A DNA stretch of 39,996 bases, taken from a virus. Its lineage: Duplodnaviria; Caudoviricetes. Location of the stretch: positions 1-39,996 of IMG/VR virus record IMGVR_UViG_3300038393_003168. One strand, written 5' to 3'. How positions within the stretch are numbered: the first letter of the stretch is position 1; each line of letters starts with the position of its first letter. Below, piece by piece: positions 33,342 to 39,996 of this stretch. The position numbers and the translations under genes are program-made. The notes below the pieces were generated by a model. It was not told the DNA's origin. It saw only the letters and a list, made by a program, of their open reading frames with translations, and searched no databases.

Positions 33342-35033
33342 ATGGCAGATCCCGTTATTCTTCCCCAATATCAAGGGGACTATTACTCCCTGCAACGTAA
33401 ACAGGCGTTGGCGCAAGCGTTGATGCAAAAGGCCATTCAAGGGCAAGCGCAACCGCAAATGGTTGGATCAGGAGATTTCAATGTCATGCCTAAGGTGTCT
33501 CCCTTATCTGGAATAGCTCAATTAGGCGAGGCATTACTTGCATCAAAAATGAACAAGGATTCTGCCCAAGGCATGAGGCAATTGGGGCAGCAACAATGGG
33601 GCACGCTCTTCCCCATGATGGGAGGGAGCCAATCCCCACAGCCCAGCGCCGGCACCTCGGCAGGAGGTGCCGGCGCTCCCACAGCCAATTCCGGGGTTGT
33701 CGACCCCGCAGGAAACGATGCAACCGCAGGTCAGCCGAGCGGCGCGGGCATGGCTCCTCAACAGTATGGGGCTGGACCCGTAACTGGCTCCATGAATCCG
33801 TTGGGGATGGACCCGCGCATGGCAACCATGATGTATTTGTCGAGCCCTGATGAATACTACAAAGCCCAAGCGGCTGCCTATGCTCCCACCGATTTGCAAA
33901 AGTCACTTCGCGCAGCAGGGATTGACCCGAATAGTGCACTTGGCCATCAAATCATCCAGCAGAATATTGCAAAGCAAAATTATGTTGAGCCAGTGACATC
34001 GCGTCCGGGTACAATTTTGCGCGATCCTTACACCATGAAGCCCGTTGCCTTCAATCCAAATGTTCCAGAGGGCACAAATCCGTTATTCGATGCGTCTGGA
34101 AACGTGGTTGGTGTTCAGGGAATAAATGGAGTGGGGGATGCGATTCGCAACATAAAGCGTGCGCAAACTGCAGGCGAGGGCGACGCGCTTCCTTATTCTG
34201 GCGTGGATGCAAACGGCAACCCACTGCCTGTTACTACGCGCACGAATGCCGTGACGCAGGGCCAAGATACAAGCGATACTCTCCGCATACTCCAGGGCGA
34301 AAAACAGGACATTCTTGCTCGTCCTGACAGTGACCCGCGAAAAGCTGTTGATCTTGCCGCTATCAACAATGAAATTTCGAGATGGGAAAAGCGCGGCGCT
34401 GGGAAGATTTATGCAGAAGCCCCAATGGGAGCAAAGGTTGCTACCGATGTTGCACAAGGCGCGCCAAGTAAGAATATGGCTGATTCCTATCAGTCTATGT
34501 CTACAGCGGACGCAAATTATCAGCAGTCCAGAGAATCGCTGAATGAAATGCTAAGTCTTGCTAACAATAAGGGCTTATCTGGCGGAGCTATCGGCGCTCT
34601 TCCTGAAGGGGTGGCAACTCGCATCAGTCCAGATGCCGCCAAATACCAGAAATTGCATGCAACGTATGTTGCCCTTCAAGGCAAAGCATTAGGAGGCGGA
34701 GGAACTGACGCTGCTCGTGCCACAATTAATGATGCTGTCCCGACATACGATAAGCCTCAATCAGCAATGGTTAGCGGTCTCAAGACGCAACTGAATAATC
34801 TTGACCTTGCGCACATGAAAACGCAATTCCTTTCGCCTATCTACCAGAGGGGAGATGAGAAGACATTTACGCAGCAATCGGCCGCATTTGATCAGAATAT
34901 AACGCCATCAATGATTTCTGCGCTTGGATTGTCAGGGGAGCAACAGCGATCCGCAATCAAGGCCGCAATTCAAGAAAATCCATCGCTGCGGCCTAAGTTC
35001 GAATGGGCGTTTAATAATGGACTTATTAAATGA
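33342..35033 (+). CDS. Internal virion / DNA ejection protein 2
   Basis: 563 aa; LQRKQALAQALM N-terminus; low complexity; position. Confidence 0.65.
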   Translation: MADPVILPQYQGDYYSLQRKQALAQALMQKAIQGQAQPQMVGSGDFNVMPKVSPLSGIAQLGEALLASKMNKDSAQGMRQLGQQQWGTLFPMMGGSQSPQPSAGTSAGGAGAPTANSGVVDPAGNDATAGQPSGAGMAPQQYGAGPVTGSMNPLGMDPRMATMMYLSSPDEYYKAQAAAYAPTDLQKSLRAAGIDPNSALGHQIIQQNIAKQNYVEPVTSRPGTILRDPYTMKPVAFNPNVPEGTNPLFDASGNVVGVQGINGVGDAIRNIKRAQTAGEGDALPYSGVDANGNPLPVTTRTNAVTQGQDTSDTLRILQGEKQDILARPDSDPRKAVDLAAINNEISRWEKRGAGKIYAEAPMGAKVATDVAQGAPSKNMADSYQSMSTADANYQQSRESLNEMLSLANNKGLSGGAIGALPEGVATRISPDAAKYQKLHATYVALQGKALGGGGTDAARATINDAVPTYDKPQSAMVSGLKTQLNNLDLAHMKTQFLSPIYQRGDEKTFTQQSAAFDQNITPSMISALGLSGEQQRSAIKAAIQENPSLRPKFEWAFNNGLIK

Positions 35034-36994
35034 GTAAATTTGATGATTATTTGAGCGCTTCACCGGCACCCTCGACCGCTCCATCGTTTGACGCTTATTT
35101 AAATTCGACTCCAGCAGCAGCCATTGTTACGACACGTCCGCTTCCAGCAAAGCAATCTTTGTCACAAGAAAAGTTGAATGACGATGCAATGTGGGATAGG
35201 TTGGGCGCATTCGTGTACGGTGGAGCGAAATCCGCTGCTGATGTGGTGCAGGCTCCTGTGCAGCTTGTCATGAATGGCGCGTCCAAGATATTGCAATCTG
35301 GAGTGCTTGGGCAGCCTGGGCCAGCATCTAAAGCACTTATTCAAAAAACGAACGAATACAACCAGTACCTAAAGGATCAAGAGGACCAATATCAGGCCGA
35401 AACGCAAGGCGATAAATCATTTGCGGCTGGATTGGGAAGGGCAGTTACTGGAGCGCTTCCTTTTGTTGCTAGCGGAGGAACCGATGCCGCAGCGGTTGCG
35501 CCTGGCGTTGTCAATTCACTGAAAAATGCAGGGTCTTTGGCGGCGAAGGGAGGCGCTATTGGGGCGCTTACTTCTCCCGTAACCAATGTCACCACAAATG
35601 ACGATGGTTCCAATAACTTTTTCGGGCAAAAGGCCAAGCAGGCTGCGGTCTCAGGAGCAATATCAGGTGGACTCCCTTTGGCATATGATTCGGCAAAAGC
35701 CATCAGTACTGGCATTTATGGCGCAGCGACTCCTATTATTAACCCCAAAGAGTATGTGGGGAATCAGTTTGCAGAAGCGTTGGGAGATGATGCACCAAAT
35801 ATTGCGCAAAACATCAAGGGCGCTCAGCAGTTTGTTCAGGGGTCTTACCCCACCACTGCTCAGGTTGGACAAACACCTAAGTTAGTTGCAACAGAAAAGG
35901 CACTCGCGAATGCCAATCCTGATTTTAAAATTGCGTTGGCATCGCGAGAAGCAGAAAACAATGCTGCCAGATGGCAGGTTCTAAATTCTGTAGCGCAAAC
36001 GCCTGATGCGTTGACGGCGGCAGACGCAACAAGAAAAGCAGCATCCGCGCCGCTTTACGCATCTGCGCATGCGAATACGGCCAATGTCGGTCCGGCTTTT
36101 ATGCGATACGCACAAATCCCCGAAATGCAGGCAGCAATGGAGCGAGCTAATAGGTTGGCTTCGCTTGATGCCGCCGTAGGAAGAGGTGTCCAGCCTGTTT
36201 GGCCTACTCCAGATTCCAAGACCATCAATGGAGCAGCACTTGATTATACGTCTCGCGCTTTAAGTGACATGATTGATGAGGCGCAAGGGAAATCGCAAAA
36301 AACAGCGCTCTCTGCCTTGAAAGACCAGATAGATAGTTGGACTCAACGATACATCCCCGGCGTAAATCAAGCGGCTCAAACCTATGCTCAGCATAGTGTT
36401 CCAATTAATACGATGGAAGCAGGGCAGCAAATTGCAAACACATTGGGGACACGGGCATTGGATTCATCTGGATTGCCGCAGCTTCAGTTGAACCCTTATA
36501 GAACAGCATTAGTGCAAGCCCTGAAGTCACAGAAGTACGGTATTGATCAGGATGCCTTAACTTCATTGCAGGGTATTGGACAGGATTTGCAGCGGTCTAC
36601 TGTTTCCAATTCATTGCGCTCTCCGGGAAGTGATACTGCTTACAACATCTCTTCAAAGGGCTGGCTAGCAAATCAACTCTATGGCCCCACTTTTAATGGG
36701 ACAGGTAATGCATCGAAACTGGCTGCGGCTGGAGCAGCATTGGCGACAGGGCACCCCGTGATAGCGGGTGGGGTTATTGCTGGTGGTAATAAAGCAGCTC
36801 AGTACGTGGGCGGAAGATTAAATAATGCGCTGTCAGATTTTCTTCTCAACCCTAGCGAGTTCCTTCCTTATTTGGAGCGTGGAAGCACCTCTTCCTCCAG
36901 ACAAAAGGCGCTTGCCGATGCTGTCGAGCGGTATTTCGTCCCATTCTCGGGGGCGGTGGGAAGCCGTGTGGGCCTCGTAAATGCCAACAATTAA
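35030..36994 (+). CDS. Internal virion / DNA ejection protein 3
   Basis: 654 aa, Ala/Gly-rich helical with hydrophobic segments; last of the three-gene block. Confidence 0.65.
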   Translation: MSKFDDYLSASPAPSTAPSFDAYLNSTPAAAIVTTRPLPAKQSLSQEKLNDDAMWDRLGAFVYGGAKSAADVVQAPVQLVMNGASKILQSGVLGQPGPASKALIQKTNEYNQYLKDQEDQYQAETQGDKSFAAGLGRAVTGALPFVASGGTDAAAVAPGVVNSLKNAGSLAAKGGAIGALTSPVTNVTTNDDGSNNFFGQKAKQAAVSGAISGGLPLAYDSAKAISTGIYGAATPIINPKEYVGNQFAEALGDDAPNIAQNIKGAQQFVQGSYPTTAQVGQTPKLVATEKALANANPDFKIALASREAENNAARWQVLNSVAQTPDALTAADATRKAASAPLYASAHANTANVGPAFMRYAQIPEMQAAMERANRLASLDAAVGRGVQPVWPTPDSKTINGAALDYTSRALSDMIDEAQGKSQKTALSALKDQIDSWTQRYIPGVNQAAQTYAQHSVPINTMEAGQQIANTLGTRALDSSGLPQLQLNPYRTALVQALKSQKYGIDQDALTSLQGIGQDLQRSTVSNSLRSPGSDTAYNISSKGWLANQLYGPTFNGTGNASKLAAAGAALATGHPVIAGGVIAGGNKAAQYVGGRLNNALSDFLLNPSEFLPYLERGSTSSSRQKALADAVERYFVPFSGAVGSRVGLVNANN

Positions 36995-37054
36995 ACCCCA
37001 GATGAACACTCCGCCAAAGACTAGTACCCAGTGATCAGCAATTAGATTCAACAT
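36833..37054 (-). CDS. Small membrane protein, antisense-overlapping ejection gene 3
   Basis: AGGAG RBS; N-terminal TM HWVLVFGGVFIWGLIVGIY; 73 aa. Confidence 0.5.
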   Translation of the reverse strand: MLNLIADHWVLVFGGVFIWGLIVGIYEAHTASHRPREWDEIPLDSIGKRLLSGGRGASTLQIRKELARVEKKI

Positions 37055-37067
37055 CCGATTCTCCTAG

Positions 37068-37125
37068 AAGCCGCCCAATACGGCTTTTTTTCATTTTAGC
37101 CCGCTCAATGGCGGGCTTTTTTATT
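37068..37125 (+). terminator. Two tandem intrinsic terminators before the tail fibre gene
   Basis: AAGCCG-CCCAATA-CGGCTTTTTTT and AGCCCGC-TCAATG-GCGGGCTTTTTT. Confidence 0.75.
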
Positions 37126-37137
37126 GCAGGTGAAATT

Positions 37138-38646
37138 ATGCCAAGAAATGGAAGTGGTAGTTACTCTCTGCCCTCAGGAAATCCTGTCACGCCCAATACT
37201 ACCATTTCGTCTAATGGGTGGGCTAATCCAACCTTAACAGATATAGCTGCCGCACTTACCGCATCCATCGCAATAGATGGGCAAACCGTTCCGACCGCCA
37301 ATCTACCGATGGGAAATTTTCGCCATACAGGTGCGGCAGACGGTGTGAACCCTGGTGATTATTCCACATTAAGACAGCTTGCCGCATCTAGCGGCACCTC
37401 TCTCATCGGCACCATAGGAACACTTTCTGGCGCGGTGTCTCGAACTGAGCAGAGCAAAAATAACGATCTGGTAGATGCCCGAGATGTCGGGGTTATTGTA
37501 GACGGTTCTACTGACCAGACAGGTGCACTAACAACTGTCTTTTCGAACAATTCTAGTTATCGGGGTGTTTTCCGTATCCCCTATAACACTAAATTCACCG
37601 CCTCGACAGTCTACGCAGCACTCCCTGTTGGGTACATGCTATGGGATGAATCCAGTATTAACACAGGTCAACCACCAGGATACAAAAACAAGCGTATTCG
37701 TCTGGTCACGAATGACACTGCATCGGACGATTCAGCACAGGAAATTTTTAGCTCTCACAACCCAGCGCTTCGTCTCAACAATCTTGCGACGGCTGGCACT
37801 TCATCCGCGAACGGCAGGTATAACTCCATCATTCGTGGGTCAGGAATCCGCTGGAATAACGATCCAATCGATGGGATGCAGCTCCTCACTTTTAAATCTC
37901 CTCGCGGCAATCTATGGCGCACGGCGGATCTGCTGAACACGTCATACAACTACGCCGTAAATGGTAAGGCTCAGTGGCAAGCCACTACGGCATATACGCT
38001 AAACACCATCGTCAACACCTCTGCCGGTAATGTATACCAGTGCACTGTAGCCGGCACTTCTGGCTCTGTCGCCCCATCCGTAACAAGCGGCACGCAAACC
38101 GATGGAACTGTGACGTGGACCTATCTCGGCCCATGGTCTGCAAGCAGCACCATTCATTACTACGATGAAGACGGATATGGCGGGATCATCGGGACATCAA
38201 CAGCAAGATTTGGCGCTGAAACCGCGAACCGCAAGGGCTTGTCGATCAACTCCAATGATTCGACACACGATGTTTTCCTGCGCGATGATCAGCGAAATGT
38301 GGACTTGCTTCGTCTGAGCGATTCGCTAGGCCTTCAGCACGGAACTGTTGTTCCATCCAAGAACTTCGGCGGCAACATCACAGGAGCAACGCCTACTCTC
38401 TCGTCTGAGTTCCACACGATGACGCAGACCGGCGCAACGACCGTCACCAATTTTGTATTGCCTGGCACTCAAACGGATGGCTTCGTGACTATCCTTTTCT
38501 TGGACGGTAACTCTACGCTGGATCATACCGGTTCATTCAATCTCAAGGGAAATGTAAATGTCACTCCGGTAAGCGGGAACATCATGGTTTTCCTGAAACG
38601 CGCATCTATTTCTAGCGGCTGGTTCGAAGTCAGCCGCAATTTCTAA
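37138..38646 (+). CDS. Tail fibre/spike receptor-binding protein
   Basis: MPRNGSGSYSLP...DIAAALTASIAIDGQT podoviral fibre N-terminus; internal WQATTAYTLNTIV...VYQCTVAGTSG...DGTVTWTY carbohydrate-binding-like module. Confidence 0.8.
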   Translation: MPRNGSGSYSLPSGNPVTPNTTISSNGWANPTLTDIAAALTASIAIDGQTVPTANLPMGNFRHTGAADGVNPGDYSTLRQLAASSGTSLIGTIGTLSGAVSRTEQSKNNDLVDARDVGVIVDGSTDQTGALTTVFSNNSSYRGVFRIPYNTKFTASTVYAALPVGYMLWDESSINTGQPPGYKNKRIRLVTNDTASDDSAQEIFSSHNPALRLNNLATAGTSSANGRYNSIIRGSGIRWNNDPIDGMQLLTFKSPRGNLWRTADLLNTSYNYAVNGKAQWQATTAYTLNTIVNTSAGNVYQCTVAGTSGSVAPSVTSGTQTDGTVTWTYLGPWSASSTIHYYDEDGYGGIIGTSTARFGAETANRKGLSINSNDSTHDVFLRDDQRNVDLLRLSDSLGLQHGTVVPSKNFGGNITGATPTLSSEFHTMTQTGATTVTNFVLPGTQTDGFVTILFLDGNSTLDHTGSFNLKGNVNVTPVSGNIMVFLKRASISSGWFEVSRNF

Positions 38647-38648
38647 GG

Positions 38649-38897
38649 GTGACCATGCAAAGCCACGATCAAATTTCCCAAGAAGCCGCCGACAGGGCTG
38701 TAAAAAAGGTATTTGCAATTCTCGGCGTTGACATAGACAAGCCGGAATCGGTTGAAGAGTTTAGAGAGGATCTGCGATTCGGAAAGCGGATGCGTAAGGC
38801 GGCAGACCACGGAATGATTGCGCTAATCGGCGTGACGTTTGTTGGCTTTGGCTATGCGGTATGGGCAGGCATCGTTTCCAAAATTGGGGGGCATTGA
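38649..38897 (+). CDS. Single-TM protein, putative holin/antiholin
   Basis: C-terminal TM GMIALIGVTFVGFGYAVWAGIV; directly upstream of the endolysin. Confidence 0.55.
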   Translation: MTMQSHDQISQEAADRAVKKVFAILGVDIDKPESVEEFREDLRFGKRMRKAADHGMIALIGVTFVGFGYAVWAGIVSKIGGH

Positions 38898-39412
38898 TGA
38901 ACAGCTTCGATGAAGCATTCACGGCGCTGATAGGAAATGAGGGCGGCTATAGCGATAACCCGAAAGACCCTGGCAACTGGTCGAGTGGCAAGGTAGGCGA
39001 GGGAAGTCTTGACGGCACGATGTATGGGATCTCTGCGCCTGTGGCACGCCGCAATGGCTATGTCGGGCCGATGAAGAATCTATCCCTAGAAGTCGCCAAG
39101 GCGATTGCGAAGCGCGAATACTGGGACAAATACCAATGCGATCAATTCGACGGCCGCATTGCATTTCAGGTTTTCGACGCAGCTTACAACGGTGGTCGTC
39201 CGGCGCAGTGGCTACAACAAGCGGCCGGCGTCACGGCTGACGGCGTGATCGGTGCGCAGACCATCGGTGCGGTTCGATCCGCAGACCCTTACAAGATCGT
39301 GGCCCTGTTCAATTCCTATCGTCTGGATTATCTGGCAAACCTGCCGATGGATACGTTTGACCATGGGTTCATGCACCGCGTTGCAAATAACCTCAGGATA
39401 GGAGCAGCATGA
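38897..39412 (+). CDS. Endolysin, glycosyl hydrolase family 108 with peptidoglycan-binding C-terminus
   Basis: NEGGYSDNPKDPG...TMYGIS, FDAAYNGG, LQQAAGVTADGVIGAQT, F.HGFMHRVA; start at the TGATG overlap. Confidence 0.9.
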   Translation: MNSFDEAFTALIGNEGGYSDNPKDPGNWSSGKVGEGSLDGTMYGISAPVARRNGYVGPMKNLSLEVAKAIAKREYWDKYQCDQFDGRIAFQVFDAAYNGGRPAQWLQQAAGVTADGVIGAQTIGAVRSADPYKIVALFNSYRLDYLANLPMDTFDHGFMHRVANNLRIGAA

Positions 39413-39996
39413 TGGAATGGAAAGACGTTGCAAAAACAATCGCTGGCTATGCACCTATGCTGTCTACTGTGCTCGCCGCAACTGGCGTCGGCGCTCCGGT
39501 GGCTGCTGGAGTTTCTGCGGCCGGTGCTCTGATCTCCAGTGCTCTAGGCGTGCCGAATACGCCGGATGATGTAGCCCAAGCGCTAGTCACAAATCCGGAT
39601 GCCGCCGTGAAGATCAAGCAGATTGAAGCGGATCATGGCGAGCATCTTGCGCAGATCGCGCAGGTAAGGGAAGCGAATCAGCTTACCGCCCAAGTGCAGC
39701 AGCTACAAACCGTCAACGAGACAATGCGGAAGGAAGACGATACCCGAAAGTTCTCGTGGCGTGATTATTGGGGATACATCAGCGGGACCGTTTTTGCATT
39801 CGTAGCCGGCATTATCGGTTATCTCGTCGTCTCGGCGGTCTACCTGAACCATCAAGAATTTCTTACGGCCGTCCCTGCAATTGTCGGCAGCTTCAGCGTA
39901 TTGTTCGGTATCGCGGCAACCGTGCTTGGTGTGCAGTCTAGTATTGAAACGCATCATGCCGGGATGGCTGATCGGATTGCGGCAGAGCAACAATAA
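39409..39996 (+). CDS. Holin-like membrane protein (3TM/GTA-holin-like)
   Basis: MEWKDVAKTI..APML...GVPNTPDDV..NPDAAVKIKQIE; WRDYWGY followed by two TM helices. Confidence 0.65.
   Translation: MMEWKDVAKTIAGYAPMLSTVLAATGVGAPVAAGVSAAGALISSALGVPNTPDDVAQALVTNPDAAVKIKQIEADHGEHLAQIAQVREANQLTAQVQQLQTVNETMRKEDDTRKFSWRDYWGYISGTVFAFVAGIIGYLVVSAVYLNHQEFLTAVPAIVGSFSVLFGIAATVLGVQSSIETHHAGMADRIAAEQQ

Larger units (their letters stand above)
1..39996. mobile_element. Temperate phage genome (lambdoid regulation, P22/podovirus-like morphogenesis), apparently in non-integrated (attP) form
   Basis: Continuous phage gene order from integrase through repressor/cro, replication, terminase, portal, capsid, ejection proteins and tail fibre to lysis genes. 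No host genes seen. Both arms of a dyad att site are present at 43-101. Confidence 0.95.

Noticed and set aside
38649-39996. Spanin-less lysis cassette
   Set aside because: The window ends at the stop of the last gene, so spanin genes may lie just outside it.

Overview
The whole window is one temperate phage genome, probably nearly complete. Its Proteobacteria-type SOS box and tRNA-Glu-type att core point to a beta/gamma-proteobacterial host (inference). It has a lambdoid early/regulatory half and a P22/podovirus-like virion half. From left to right: a large serine integrase (1-1590, minus); a leftward early operon of small accessory genes; an immunity region (oL, a moron, hicB-hicA, a lipoprotein, an SOS-box-controlled small gene, a non-cleavable repressor, oR, cro); a rightward early operon (cII-like, LexA-DBD-only protein, ninB, HNH-AP2, ninG, O-like initiator with iterons, DnaC-like loader, Q-like regulator); then terminase, portal, scaffold, capsid, tail adaptor/nozzle, GNAT, three ejection proteins, tail fibre and lysis genes. 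Four observations stand out. (1) An apparently intact attP carrying the 3' end of tRNA-Glu lies inside the integrase C-terminal coding sequence, so integration would swap the integrase's -AA tail. (2) A LexA-box-controlled 62-aa ORF resembles the repressor's own C-terminal domain and overlaps cI antisense, making it a candidate repressor-mimic antirepressor. (3) The phage encodes a protein consisting only of a LexA DNA-binding domain. (4) A ~400-nt intergenic stretch (8748-9150) is packed with four abutting, possibly pseudoknotted, minus-strand RNA modules. All calls come from reading the sequence by eye; no database search or folding program was run.
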